Source: an uncultured Duncaniella sp.
GTDB taxonomy: Bacteria > Bacteroidota > Bacteroidia > Bacteroidales > Muribaculaceae
DNA length: 64,000 bases
Assembly (NCBI GenBank): GCA_910586665.1
Contig: CAJUIX010000014.1
Coordinates: forward strand, 19,726 to 83,725
Direction: 5' to 3'
Made by a program: the position numbers and the translations under genes. The notes below the pieces were generated by a model, which was not told where the DNA came from, made no database searches, and saw nothing but the letters and a program-made list of their open reading frames with translations. Shown here piece by piece: positions 39,470 through 50,600 of this stretch (position 1 is its first letter; every line of letters starts with the position of its first letter).

Positions 39470-40807
39470 ATGGCAGTCCAATCTCCCTCCCTCCAGGCCG
39501 AAGAGCAGCAGAGCGGTTCCAAACCGAAGGCTGTCGCGAAGGCCGACAAACATATCTGGGGCATCTTCATAGCCCTCTGCATCATTTCGACCATCGAGCT
39601 TTACAGCGCCTCCTCGCGCGAGGTCGCAAGCTCCTCTATCGGTGTGATGGGGCCTATCCTGCGCCATCTCGTCATGCTTGCGGGTGGCGCGCTGATAGTA
39701 TGGCTCCTCTCCAAGCGCCACTATTCCGAATTCATCCCCTTCACCCTCGGCTTCGCATTGGTGAGCGTGGTGATGATGGTCTATGTGATGTTCTTCGGCG
39801 AGATAGTCAACGGCGCGCGCCGCTCGCTGACCATACTCGGCATAGGCATCTATCCGGCAGAGATGGTCAAGCTGTCGGCGGTGCTACTCATAGCCCTTGT
39901 CATGACCTGGAATCCCAATACGAAGAAGGTCGGCGTGACCTCCAAGGCGGTGATTTACTCCGGCGTCATAGTGCTGTTCCTCAGCGGACTGCTGATTGAA
40001 CAGGGCCTGACCAACACCCTGCTCCTGCTCGCCATAAGCTATTCGATGATGATTATCGGCGGTGTGAGGATATGGCACCTCTTCCTCCTCTCGCTTGCCT
40101 ACGCGGCCTGTGGAGGCGTCTTCGTACTCTACCTCCTGTGGAGCGATTCGTCCAAGGAGATACCCGCCGACGCCGAGCAGCAGATAGAATTAGTGGCCGA
40201 CGGCACGGCCAAACGCAACCCTACGCGAATCGACACATGGATTGCCCGCGTGCAGCGCCATTCGGGCGACTCCGTGCCCAAGTGGGAGATACCCGCCGTC
40301 GGCAAGAACCGCCAGGAGATACTCTCCTACATGGCGCAGGCTAACGGCGGCATTTACGGTGTGGGCCCCGGCAACTCCCGTGAGGCCTCTCGCCTCCCTC
40401 TCGCCTTCTCTGACTATATATACGCTATAATCATCGAGGAGCTCGGACTGATAGGGGGGCTGGTCGTGCTCGTGCTCTACCTTTGGCTGCTCGGGCGAGC
40501 CTCCGGCATCGCCTCGCATTGCAACCGCACCTATCCGGCTCTCGTCGTCATAGGCATGGCAGTCATGATAGCCTTCCAGGCGCTGTTCCACATGGGAATC
40601 GTCAGTGGCGTCTTCCCCGTGTCGGGCCAGCCGCTGCCTCTGCTGTCGAAGGGTGGCACCTCTATAGTGGTCACAGCCATCGCCTTCGGCATAATGCTCT
40701 CGATAAGCCGCACCGCCACCCGACAGGGGGGAAGGAAGCAGGATATCCGTGACGAAATCGACGCACTGCCCGAACAGTTCGGTGCCGAGAACCAAATGCA
40801 GCTTTAA
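39470..40807 (+). CDS. ftsW: SEDS family peptidoglycan polymerase FtsW
   Basis: NGARR, PAEMVK, SDYIYAIIIEELG, GQPLPLLSKGGTS; dcw context. Confidence 0.93.
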   Translation: MAVQSPSLQAEEQQSGSKPKAVAKADKHIWGIFIALCIISTIELYSASSREVASSSIGVMGPILRHLVMLAGGALIVWLLSKRHYSEFIPFTLGFALVSVVMMVYVMFFGEIVNGARRSLTILGIGIYPAEMVKLSAVLLIALVMTWNPNTKKVGVTSKAVIYSGVIVLFLSGLLIEQGLTNTLLLLAISYSMMIIGGVRIWHLFLLSLAYAACGGVFVLYLLWSDSSKEIPADAEQQIELVADGTAKRNPTRIDTWIARVQRHSGDSVPKWEIPAVGKNRQEILSYMAQANGGIYGVGPGNSREASRLPLAFSDYIYAIIIEELGLIGGLVVLVLYLWLLGRASGIASHCNRTYPALVVIGMAVMIAFQALFHMGIVSGVFPVSGQPLPLLSKGGTSIVVTAIAFGIMLSISRTATRQGGRKQDIRDEIDALPEQFGAENQMQL

Positions 40808-40871
40808 AGTGTATTAAAAAAGGAACGCTCCAAAACAAAGAAAACGTCAAAAAAAGAGATTGGAAAAAGTT

Positions 40872-41981
40872 ATGGCAGAAAAAACGAATAAGAAACTGGA
40901 ACGCGTGCTGATCTCAGGCGGAGGCACCGGCGGGCATATCTTTCCCGCCCTCTCGATAGCCAACGCCGTCAAGCGCCGCTACCCCGACGCGGACATTCTC
41001 TTCGTCGGCGCCCTCGGGCGCATGGAGATGGAGCGCGTCCCTGCTGCCGGCTATAAAATCGAGGGCCTTCCCGTGGCCGGTTTTGACCGCAAGCGTCTTT
41101 GGCGCAACTTCGGGGTGCTCCTGAAGCTGTGGAAGTCGCTGCGCAAGGCCCGTAAGATCGTCCGCGACTTCCGTCCCGACGTGGCGATAGGCGTCGGCGG
41201 CTATGCCAGCGGCCCTGTGCTCAAGCAGGCGCAGAAGTGCGGCATCCCGACCCTCCTCCAGGAACAGAATTCATATGCCGGCGTCACCAACAAGCTCCTC
41301 GCCAAGAAGGCCGCCGCAATCTGCGTGGCTTACGACGGCATGGAGCGCTTCTTCCCTGCCGAGGTCATCGTCAAGACCGGTAACCCCGTGCGGACCGACC
41401 TCGAGGCCTGCACCCTGAGCGTCGGGGAGGCCAAAAGCAAGCTTGGCTTTGACCCGGAGAAGCCCCTTGTGCTCGCAGTGGGGGGCAGTCTCGGCGCCAG
41501 GACTGTCAACGAGGCCGTGGCCACCTCGCTCGACATGCTCCGCGACAAGGGTGTGAACCTCCTGTGGCAGACGGGACGCTACGGCGAGGCCGAGTTCCAG
41601 GCCATAGCCGGGAAATATCCCAATGTCAAGGCCGTTACTTTCATCTCCGATATGGCCACGGCCTATCGTGCCGCCGACCTCGTGGTCTCGCGTGCAGGAG
41701 CGGGCACAATCTCCGAACTCCAGAATCTCGGCAAGGCCTGCGTGCTCATCCCCTCGCCCAATGTGGCCGAAGACCACCAGCGCCACAATGCCGAGGCCCT
41801 CTCGAAGCGCGACGGCGCGGTGATGATACTCGATGCCGACGCCGTGGCGACACTTCCGGCTACAATCGCCGACCTCGTCGACAAGCCACTGAAGCGGGAG
41901 GTGCTAAGCCGCGAAATCTCTAAGATGGCTCTGAAAAATGCCGACGAGAAGATTGTCGACAAAATCGTAGAGATAATCTAA
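40872..41981 (+). CDS. murG: Lipid II GlcNAc transferase
   Basis: GGGTGGHIFP, GGY, EQN, GNP, GGSLGA, RAGA, HQ..NA. Confidence 0.97.
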   Translation: MAEKTNKKLERVLISGGGTGGHIFPALSIANAVKRRYPDADILFVGALGRMEMERVPAAGYKIEGLPVAGFDRKRLWRNFGVLLKLWKSLRKARKIVRDFRPDVAIGVGGYASGPVLKQAQKCGIPTLLQEQNSYAGVTNKLLAKKAAAICVAYDGMERFFPAEVIVKTGNPVRTDLEACTLSVGEAKSKLGFDPEKPLVLAVGGSLGARTVNEAVATSLDMLRDKGVNLLWQTGRYGEAEFQAIAGKYPNVKAVTFISDMATAYRAADLVVSRAGAGTISELQNLGKACVLIPSPNVAEDHQRHNAEALSKRDGAVMILDADAVATLPATIADLVDKPLKREVLSREISKMALKNADEKIVDKIVEII

Positions 41982-42013
41982 CTTGAATTATAATCATCAC
42001 ATTGCTATTTTAC

Positions 42014-43402
42014 ATGAAATCCGATATAAGCAAGATACAGAACATATATTTCGTCGGAGCCGGCGGAATCGGTATGGCTGCTCTCGAGCGCTACTTCCTC
42101 GCCAAGGGTAAGAACGTGGCCGGCTACGACCGCACATCGACCCAGCTGACCGACGAGCTTCGCTCCGAAGGTGTCGAAATCAGCTTCGACGAGAGTGCCG
42201 ACACTATTCCGGAGGCTTTCCGCGACCCGGAGACAACGCTCGTGGTCTACACCCCAGCCGTCCCCTCAGACCTACCCATCCTCGCCTATTTCCGCGACAA
42301 CGGTTTCGAGATACTTAAGCGTGCGGCCGTCCTCGGGCTCATCACCCGCGGTTCCCGCTCACTCTGCTTCGCCGGCACCCACGGCAAGACTACAACATCG
42401 TCAATGGCCGCCCACATCCTGACGACCGGCCCGGTGGGCTGCAACGCCTTCCTCGGCGGAGAGATGCTCAACTACGGGACCAACTTCCTGCTCAGCCCCT
42501 CGTCGGACTTCTCGGTCATCGAGGCCGACGAGTTTGACCGCTCCTTCCACCAGCTCACCCCCTATGTCGCGGTCATAACCGCGACCGACCCCGACCACCT
42601 CGACATCTACGGCACCGAGGAGGCCTATCTCGAAAGTTTCGTCCACTTCACGGAGCTTATCCGCCCCGACGGCGCCCTGATTGTCCACGAGGGATTGAAA
42701 CTCCGCCCGCGTCCGCAGGAAGGGGTGAGGGTCTACACCTATTCGCGCGACAGCGGCGACTTCCATGCCGCCTATGTCCGCCGCGCCCCGGGAACGATTA
42801 CCTTCGACCTCGTCACCCCCCGCGGTACCATCCGCAACATCAACCTCGGAGTCCCCGTGGAGGTCAATATCGAGAACGCCATCGCCGCTGCCGCAGCTAT
42901 CTGCGTCACCAACGCCTGGGACCCCGAAATCGTCCGTCAGGCCATCAGCAGCTACCGCGGCACCAAGCGCCGCTTCGAGACACATCTGAAGGAGCACAAC
43001 GGTCTGGGTCATGTGATTATCGATGACTATGCCCATCACCCGGAGGAGGTGCGCAAGTCAATCGAGTCGGTCAGGGCGCTCTATCCCGGACGCCGTCTGA
43101 CTGTGGCCTTCCAGCCCCATCTCTATAGTCGCACCCGTGATTTCGCCCCTGAGTTTGCCGACGCTCTCTCTGCCGCCGACACCCTCGTGCTGCTCGACAT
43201 CTATCCCGCCCGCGAGGCCCCGATAGAGGGGGTAAGCTCACAAATCATATTCGATAATGTTAAATGTGAGGATAAAGTCTTAATTCCGAAAGAAAAATTG
43301 GTAGAAATGCTGAAAAATCGTAACTTTGACATTCTACTGACTCTCGGAGCCGGAGACATAAACACATTCATACCCCAGATCATTTCTGCAATACAGGATT
43401 AA
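42014..43402 (+). CDS. murC: UDP-MurNAc:L-Ala ligase
   Basis: GAGGIGM, AGTHGKTTT, EADE, DDYAHHP, FQPHLYSRT. Confidence 0.97.
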   Translation: MKSDISKIQNIYFVGAGGIGMAALERYFLAKGKNVAGYDRTSTQLTDELRSEGVEISFDESADTIPEAFRDPETTLVVYTPAVPSDLPILAYFRDNGFEILKRAAVLGLITRGSRSLCFAGTHGKTTTSSMAAHILTTGPVGCNAFLGGEMLNYGTNFLLSPSSDFSVIEADEFDRSFHQLTPYVAVITATDPDHLDIYGTEEAYLESFVHFTELIRPDGALIVHEGLKLRPRPQEGVRVYTYSRDSGDFHAAYVRRAPGTITFDLVTPRGTIRNINLGVPVEVNIENAIAAAAAICVTNAWDPEIVRQAISSYRGTKRRFETHLKEHNGLGHVIIDDYAHHPEEVRKSIESVRALYPGRRLTVAFQPHLYSRTRDFAPEFADALSAADTLVLLDIYPAREAPIEGVSSQIIFDNVKCEDKVLIPKEKLVEMLKNRNFDILLTLGAGDINTFIPQIISAIQD

Positions 43403-43437
43403 ATACCCTCTAAAGCTATAATTTGACTTATAAAGCA

Positions 43438-44340
43438 ATGCCGCGCTATCTATATGTAATATTTTCCCTGCTGCTCGCAGCCTATCTTGTGGTCGCACTG
43501 AGTGTGGCCGCGGGCACGCCCGACACGCAGCCCTGCCGGGGCTTCGAAATCACTGTCGAGGACAGCGAGGGGACGGCGCAGCGCTTCGTAAGCCCGTCGG
43601 AGCTGGCGCGCGAGCTTGATTCCTTACCAGAGAAGGCTCCGGGTATGGCACTGGCCAACATCAACACCCAGTCCATCCGCAAGCGCCTCCTCGACCTTGA
43701 CAAGATCGAGGATGTGGAGGTGGTGCGCATGACCGACGGCACTATCCGCATCAAGGCCACACCGATTATCCCGGTGGCGAGGGTCTTCGACCGCGGAGAG
43801 TCGTACTACATCAACCGCGCCGGCAAGCGAGTGGGTGCCGATGCACGCTACCACAAGGATGTCCCCGTCATAGAGGGGCACTTCGAGTATGCCGACACGG
43901 CCTTCACCCCCGCGTCGCTCCTCCCGCTGCTGGGCTACATCGCCTCCGACTCACTCTGGAACTCATACATCTCGATGATCAAGGTGAAGTCCCCATCCGA
44001 CATTATACTTGTCCCCGTCATCCGCGAGCACGTCATCAATATCGGCTCTGCCACTGACTTTGACGACAAGTTTGCCCGCCTGAAGAAGTTCTACTCCGAG
44101 GTCCTCCCGCTCCAGGGGTGGGAGAAATACGACACCCTCACCCTCAAATGGAAGGGGCAGCTCGTGGCCACCAAGCGCCGCCGCGCCCCGGTGAGGGTAG
44201 AGACCGTGAAGTATGACGACGAGGAGGTTGTCGACATGGGGACCATGCTCGCAGGCGAGGGCGTGGCGCCCGGACAGACTGTACCCGGGGTGAAAGCCCA
44301 TTCCGAAAAGCCGATTCCGGCAAAACAACTATCGAATTAA
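43438..44340 (+). CDS. ftsQ: Cell division protein FtsQ/DivIB
   Basis: N-terminal TM and POTRA-like segment; located between murC and ftsA. Start at 43423 (TTG) or 43438 (ATG). Confidence 0.82.
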   Translation: MPRYLYVIFSLLLAAYLVVALSVAAGTPDTQPCRGFEITVEDSEGTAQRFVSPSELARELDSLPEKAPGMALANINTQSIRKRLLDLDKIEDVEVVRMTDGTIRIKATPIIPVARVFDRGESYYINRAGKRVGADARYHKDVPVIEGHFEYADTAFTPASLLPLLGYIASDSLWNSYISMIKVKSPSDIILVPVIREHVINIGSATDFDDKFARLKKFYSEVLPLQGWEKYDTLTLKWKGQLVATKRRRAPVRVETVKYDDEEVVDMGTMLAGEGVAPGQTVPGVKAHSEKPIPAKQLSN

Positions 44341-44353
44341 TCAATATCCGCTC

Positions 44354-45985
44354 ATGGAAGAGAAATATATAGTGGCTCTCGAAATAGGGAGCTCGAAAAT
44401 CAAAGGAGCCATAGGCATCGTCGACGTTTCAGGTGCCTTGAGTGTGAAGGCTGTCGAAGAGGAGAAGCTCGTCGACGGCGTGCGTTACGGCTGTATCCGC
44501 AACGTGCTTGAAACCACCACCGCCATACGCAATGTCATCAACCGTCTCGAGCTGCGGGAGCCGCAGCGGAAGGTGAGCGGTGTCTATGTGTCGATTGGCG
44601 GCCGCTCGCTCATGGCGCAGGATATTGAGGTGGAGCGCCGCCTCCCCTCCGAGGAGGAAATCACCAACGAGCTGATTGCCGACATGACTTCCGAGGCTCT
44701 CGGCTACCAGCTTCACGAGCGCACCATTATCGGCGTCACCCCCAAGGAATTCCGTGTCGACAACCTTCCCACCAACCGTGCGGTTGGCATGTTCGGCTCC
44801 TATGTCTCGGCCCGTCTTAACCTCATCAGCTGCCGCAACCAGCTCATGAGGAATCTCAATGTGGTCTTTGACGAGCGCCTCCATCTCGCTATCAACGACA
44901 TCTTCGTGCGCCCCCTCGCCGAGGCCGACCTCGTCCTCTTCCCCGAGGAGAAGCGCCAGGGATGTATGCTCGTGGACTTCGGTGCCGACACGACGACCGT
45001 CGCAATCTACAAGAACGGCGTCCTCCGCTATCTCTCGACCATCCCTATGGGCTCGCGCAACATCACACGCGACATCACAGCCCTCAACTATCTCGAGGAG
45101 CGTGCCGAGGAGCTGAAAATCGAGGGTGGCAACGCCCTGATTTCGCCCGACAGCCTTCCCGCGTCGTATGACGGGATTGACTTCGCACAGATCAACAACT
45201 ATGTCTCCGCCCGCGCCGGCGAGATTATCGCCAACGTCAACGAGCAGATAAAGTATGCCGGTCTCAGGGCCGACAAGCTCCCTGCCGGCATAGTCCTAAT
45301 AGGACGCGGCTCGAAGCTCAACGGCTTTGACCGCCGACTGGAGAACATCACCACCATGAAGGTTCGCTTTGGTTCCCCGGTGACACGCATACGCATCCTC
45401 GACGGCCGCGTCAATGGTGCCGACCATGTGGATGTCATATCCATCCTCGCCGCCGCTGCCAAGGACCGCGACGTGCGCGAGTGTATGGAGCGTCCGATGC
45501 CGGAATACAGTTTCAACTCACCCTCGCAGTCTGCCTATCAGCAGCCGCAGTATCAGCAGCCGTCGCAGCCTATGCACCACCAGGCACAGCAGCCGGTCTA
45601 CCAGGCTCCCGCACAGCCCCAGGCCGCGCAGCAGCCCCAGCAGCCGCAGTATCAGCAGCAGGCTTACCAGCAATCCGCTTATCAGCAACCGCAGTACCAG
45701 CAGCCCTATCAGGCGCCCGCGCAGCAGCAGCCTGTGGCCCAGCAGCAGGTGCAGCAGCCTTACCAGGCTCCCGCACAGCAGCCGCAGCAGCCGCAGCGTC
45801 CGACGAGCGTCTATGGCGAGCAGGCCAAGAACATTACCGTGCAGACCGAGCAGCCCGCCGTCGAGGAGCGCAGGGAGCCGGCCCGTCCCGGCGGATTCGC
45901 ACGCTTCCTCGGCTCTGTACGCAACCGCATGGTGTCGCTCATGACCGAGCCTGTGGAGGATGACGACAATGACGACGATAAGTAA
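44354..45985 (+). CDS. ftsA: Cell division protein FtsA with a long Q/P/Y-rich C-terminal linker
   Basis: ALEIGSSKI, LVDFGADTT, ITRDI, GIVLIG; terminal amphipathic helix GGFARFLGSVRNRMVSLM. Confidence 0.93.
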   Translation: MEEKYIVALEIGSSKIKGAIGIVDVSGALSVKAVEEEKLVDGVRYGCIRNVLETTTAIRNVINRLELREPQRKVSGVYVSIGGRSLMAQDIEVERRLPSEEEITNELIADMTSEALGYQLHERTIIGVTPKEFRVDNLPTNRAVGMFGSYVSARLNLISCRNQLMRNLNVVFDERLHLAINDIFVRPLAEADLVLFPEEKRQGCMLVDFGADTTTVAIYKNGVLRYLSTIPMGSRNITRDITALNYLEERAEELKIEGGNALISPDSLPASYDGIDFAQINNYVSARAGEIIANVNEQIKYAGLRADKLPAGIVLIGRGSKLNGFDRRLENITTMKVRFGSPVTRIRILDGRVNGADHVDVISILAAAAKDRDVRECMERPMPEYSFNSPSQSAYQQPQYQQPSQPMHHQAQQPVYQAPAQPQAAQQPQQPQYQQQAYQQSAYQQPQYQQPYQAPAQQQPVAQQQVQQPYQAPAQQPQQPQRPTSVYGEQAKNITVQTEQPAVEERREPARPGGFARFLGSVRNRMVSLMTEPVEDDDNDDDK

Positions 45986-46051
45986 GTCAGAGATTGATTA
46001 CAGCTTAATATAAAGACACGCTTACAACATTTTTCCTTACGCTACTAAAAA

Positions 46052-47530
46052 ATGGACGAACTTAAGAATCACTATAATCAGGATATATCCGACACATCGG
46101 CCTTCAAGGGCGAGCAGTCAGGTTCAGACCTCGTGTGCAACATCATGGCTATCGGTGTCGGAGGCGGTGGCAATAATGCCGTAAACCACATGTATGTTCA
46201 GGGGATAAAGAATGTCTCGTTTGTAAATATCAACACTGACCACCAGGCCCTGTGTCACTCCCAGGTGCCCCACACCCTTGAGATTGGCGACGGTCTCGGC
46301 GCGGGCAACAAGCCTGAGAAGGCCCGTGACTTCGCCGAGGAGAGCGCCGATGATATCGCAGCCCTTTTCGACGACCAGACCAAGATGGTCTTCATCACCG
46401 CAGGTATGGGTGGCGGCACCGGCACAGGCGCGGCTCCCGTCGTGGCCCGTATAGCCAAGGACCGCGGCCTGCTCACTATCGGCATCGTCACCATCCCCTT
46501 CCTCTTCGAGGGTCAGAAGAAGATCAAGAAGGCGATAGCGGGTGCCGACGAGATGGCCAAGCATGTCGATGCCCTCCTTGTCATCAACAACGAGCGCCTC
46601 GGCGAGATTTACGGTGACCTCGACTTCCTCAACGCCTTCGGCAAGGCCGACGACACGCTCTCGATTGCAGCCCGCTCGATTTCGGAGCTTATCACCTGCA
46701 ACGGCCTTATAAATCTTGACTTCAATGACGTCGACACCACGCTCCGCGACGGTGGCGCCGCAATCATATCGACAGGCTTCGGCGAGGGAGAGAACCGCGT
46801 AACCCAGGCTATCCAGGACGCCCTCAACTCACCGCTGCTCAAGAACCGCGACATCCTCGGCTCGAAGAAGCTCCTCTTCAACCTCTACTTCAACCCCAAT
46901 GCCGAGGAGAAGTTCCTCATGAGCGAGACACGCGAGATTACCGACTTCATCGGTTCGATTACTACCGAGGTCGACGTCATCTGGGGTGTCGGTTTCGACG
47001 AGACTCTCGGCAACGGAGTGAAGATGACCATCCTTGCCGCCGGTTTCGACGTGACCCTGCGCGAGGAGGAGGAGGAACTCATGTCGGGAAGCTCGACGAG
47101 CGGCTTCGGATTCAGCGCCGGCAAGCCCGGTTCGCGTACAGCCACCCGTCAGCCCGTCCCCGCTGCCGCCGCGACTGCCGCCGCAGCTACTCCCGCTCCG
47201 GCTGCCGGACCCGCCGCAGTGGCCCCGCAGCCCGCGCCCAAGGCTGTCCGCAAGGAACCTGAGGTATCCGACGAGCGCCTTGCCGAGGAGTACGGTTTCA
47301 CGAAGATGAAGGACCTCACCGAGGGTAAGGACCGCAACTCGACAATCATCCTCGGCCCCAACCAGCTCGACGACGACGCTATCTGCGACATCCTCGAGTC
47401 CTATCCTACCTATAAGCGCGACCGCAGGATTGTCGAGGAGGTGCGAAACGGTGCCCGTGACGGCGTCGCCCTCCACGGCATGAACCCCAATCCCGGCAAC
47501 TCATCCTCGCAGACCTTCGTTTTCGGCTAA
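46052..47530 (+). CDS. ftsZ: Cell division protein FtsZ
   Basis: GVGGGGNNA, GMGGGTGTG tubulin motif, NLDFND, ESYPTYKR conserved-tail-like peptide. Confidence 0.97.
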   Translation: MDELKNHYNQDISDTSAFKGEQSGSDLVCNIMAIGVGGGGNNAVNHMYVQGIKNVSFVNINTDHQALCHSQVPHTLEIGDGLGAGNKPEKARDFAEESADDIAALFDDQTKMVFITAGMGGGTGTGAAPVVARIAKDRGLLTIGIVTIPFLFEGQKKIKKAIAGADEMAKHVDALLVINNERLGEIYGDLDFLNAFGKADDTLSIAARSISELITCNGLINLDFNDVDTTLRDGGAAIISTGFGEGENRVTQAIQDALNSPLLKNRDILGSKKLLFNLYFNPNAEEKFLMSETREITDFIGSITTEVDVIWGVGFDETLGNGVKMTILAAGFDVTLREEEEELMSGSSTSGFGFSAGKPGSRTATRQPVPAAAATAAAATPAPAAGPAAVAPQPAPKAVRKEPEVSDERLAEEYGFTKMKDLTEGKDRNSTIILGPNQLDDDAICDILESYPTYKRDRRIVEEVRNGARDGVALHGMNPNPGNSSSQTFVFG

Positions 47531-47557
47531 ACGACCGCAATTTATATAGCCATATAT

Positions 47558-47612
47558 AAAACGATTATTCCCGGCCATCAATATGATTATGATGACCGGG
47601 AATAATTGTTTT
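47558..47612. terminator. Bidirectional terminator between ftsZ and the tricorn protease
   Basis: AAAACGATTATTCCCGGCCATCA ... TGATGACCGGGAATAATTGTTTT, an imperfect inverted repeat with A/T tails on both sides. Confidence 0.8.
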
Positions 47613-47633
47613 GTATCGCGATGTTTCGGGACT

Positions 47634-50600
47634 TTATTTTTTGTCGATGTCGTTGAGGAGGGTCTTGACGGCGGTTGCAATCTGGTCGTCGATGCCGAGG
47701 ACGATTTTGGCCGGGTCGTTGGCCACCTTGACGTCGGGCTCGAGCTGGGTGTTTTCAAGATAGTTGCCTTCGGCGGTCTTGAAGCCCACCACGGGGATGC
47801 CGAACACGAGCGAGGGGTCCTGCATGGTCACCCAGTTGACCGAGCTCATGGTGCCGGGGACGGGCATACCCACTACTTTGCCGAGGCCGACATGCTTGTA
47901 GACCCAGGGTGTGCCGTGGGCGTTGGAGTAGTTGGCCTCGCCGGTGAGCATGATTGAGGGCTTGTTCCAGCGGCGCGAGGGCATCTCGCCTGCCACTACA
48001 CCCTTGATTTCCTGGGTGAGGTATTTCTTGCCGCTGAAGAGCACCTCGATGTCCTCGTGGAGGCGTCCGCCGCCGTTGAAGCGGGTGTCGATTATGATGC
48101 CGTCGCGCTCGTTATACTTGCCGAGGAGGTCGGCATAGATGGTGCGGTAGCTTGCGTCGTTCATCGACTTGATGTGGACGTAGCCGAGGCGGCCGCCGGA
48201 GAGCGAGTCGACGAGGGCGGCGTTGCGCTTCACCCAGCGGTCATAGAGGAGGTTGTTGAGTGCGGTAGAGCTTATCGGGAGCACCACTTCCTCCTCCTTT
48301 GCGCCGGATGGGAGGGTGAAGCTGACGAGTGTCTTCTGGCGGGCGATGCCGTTGAGCAGGGGAGTATAGTCAGTCTCGGCATCAATCTTCTCGCCGTTGA
48401 TGGCTGTGACGATTGCGCCCGGCTTCATCTTGGAGTCAGCATGGCTGAAGGGGCCGTCCTTGACCACCTCGGCCACTTTCAGACCGGGACCTTTGAAAGT
48501 CATGTCGAAGAGGAGGCCGAGTTCGGCTGTGGCTTCCTTGACGGGGTCGGGATAGAAGCGTCCGCCTGTGTGCGAGACGTTAAGCTCGCCGAGGAGCTCG
48601 CTGGCAAGCTCCGCGAAGTCGGCATTGTTGCTGATGTGGGGGAGGAACTTGCGATATGCCTCGCCCATCGCCTTCCAGTCGACGCCGTGCATGGCGGGGT
48701 CGAAGAAGCGGGCGTCGACTTCCTTGAGGATATAGTTGTAGAGATAGTCACGCTCGGCTGCTGGGTTGATTTTCTGGCGCCCGGTGTAGCTGATGCGCTC
48801 CATTTTGCCCGAGGGGAGGGCCATCTTGCGCATGGAGGTGCCTCCGAGGAGGAAGAGGTTCTTGCCCTCGGCGTCGGGGGTCATCGAGAGGTTGCCGGCA
48901 TCGAGTTTGTTGGCGAGGCTCACGTCCTTCTTGCGGAGATTCATTTTCCAGAGGTCGTAGCCGCTGTCGAAAGATGAGAGGAACCACAGGGTCTCGCCCT
49001 TGTCGTCAATGTAGAGGTCGGCGAGGTCGGAGGAGAAGGGTGTGAGGCGGACAATGCGGTCGCTGATGCCGTCAAGTTCGATGTTGACATCCTTCTTGGA
49101 GTCCTTCTTGGCCTGGGGGGCGTCTTTTTTGCCCTTGTCGGCGTCCTTTTTATCCTTTTCGGCCGTGGCGGGCTTCTTCTTGCTGTCCTTCACTTCCTTG
49201 AGGAGGGCATAGTCCTCGGGCGAGAGGCGGAAGCGGTCATAGGCGGCCTGGTTGGTGAACACGAGCATGGCGTCGTTCTGCGAACCCCACGAGGCCTGGC
49301 TGCGCATGCCGTAGCGGTCGCTGGCGAAGAGGATGGCGTCGCCCCCCATGACCCAGCGCGGCGACATGTCCATGTAGGAGGAGTTGGTGATGTTGGTGAT
49401 GTCGCCGGTCGAGGCGTTGATGATTGCGATGTCGTAGTAGGGGCTGCGGCGGTGCATGTCGACCTCGGCTGCGAGCCATTTGCTGTCGGGCGACCAGGCG
49501 AAGGTGAGGCCGCCGGTGCGCGAGTTGCAGATGTTGCCGTGGGTGAGCTGGGTGACCTTGCCGGAAGCTATGTCGAGTACGGCTATGTCGCGACGGCCGA
49601 GCACGAAGGCTATCTTCTTGCCGTCGGGTGAGACTACCGGGTTGGCGCGGTCGACCTTGTCATTCTTTTTGAATACGGGCTCCTCGTCGATGATGGTGGC
49701 GTTGGGGAAGTTGGGGTCTTCGTCGCGGGCGATGCGGGCGCGGTAGATGTTGTAGTGGCCGTCGCGGTCGGAGCTGTAGTAGAGCGTGCGGTTGTCGGCC
49801 CAGCTCGGGGAGCTTTCACCTTCGGGGGTGGCTGTGATCTGACGTGTGGTGGGATATTCGACCGAGGTGACGAAGATGTCGCCGCGGTTGACGAAGGCCA
49901 CCTGCTTGCCGTCGGGCGACGGGACAGCCTGGCGCGCGCCGGTAGCGAACTTGCGGATTACGGTTTCCTCAGGCTCGTCGGTCACGAGGTCTATTCTAAG
50001 CTTCGCGGGCTTGGCTCCGGGGCGCATGGTGTAAATCTCGCCGTCGTAGGTGAAGGCAAGTGTGCCGTCGGCGCCGCGAGAGAGGAAGCGCACGGGGTGG
50101 GTCTTGAAATCAGTGAGGGCAGTGACGCTCGAGGGATTGTCGATGTCCATAGAGTAGACGTTGAAGCTGCCGCCGTCGCGCTCGCTGAGGAAGTAGGCCG
50201 TCTTGCCGTCGGGTGTGATGACGGGGTTGCGGTCCTCACCCTCGCGCTTGGTGAGATTGGTGTGCTTGCCGGTCTTGGCGTCATACTTCCAGATGTCGCG
50301 GGTCACGGAGGATGTGTGGTGCTTGCGCCACTGGTCCTCGTTGCCCTTGCGGTCGACATAGAGGAAGGATGCTCCGTCGGGGAGGAAGCTTATTGCCTCC
50401 GCGGGAGTTGATATAATCTGCTCGGGGCGTCCGCCGCCGACGGGTATCTTGTAAAGCTCCGTGTAGCCCTTGGCGGGAAACATGAGGCTGGTCGGGGTGT
50501 CCTGGATGGCAGCCGAGTAGACCACATATTTTCCGTCGGGGGTGAAGGCCTGGGGGGTCTCGACGGCAGAGTGTGTGGTCAGGCGCCTGACGTCGCCACC

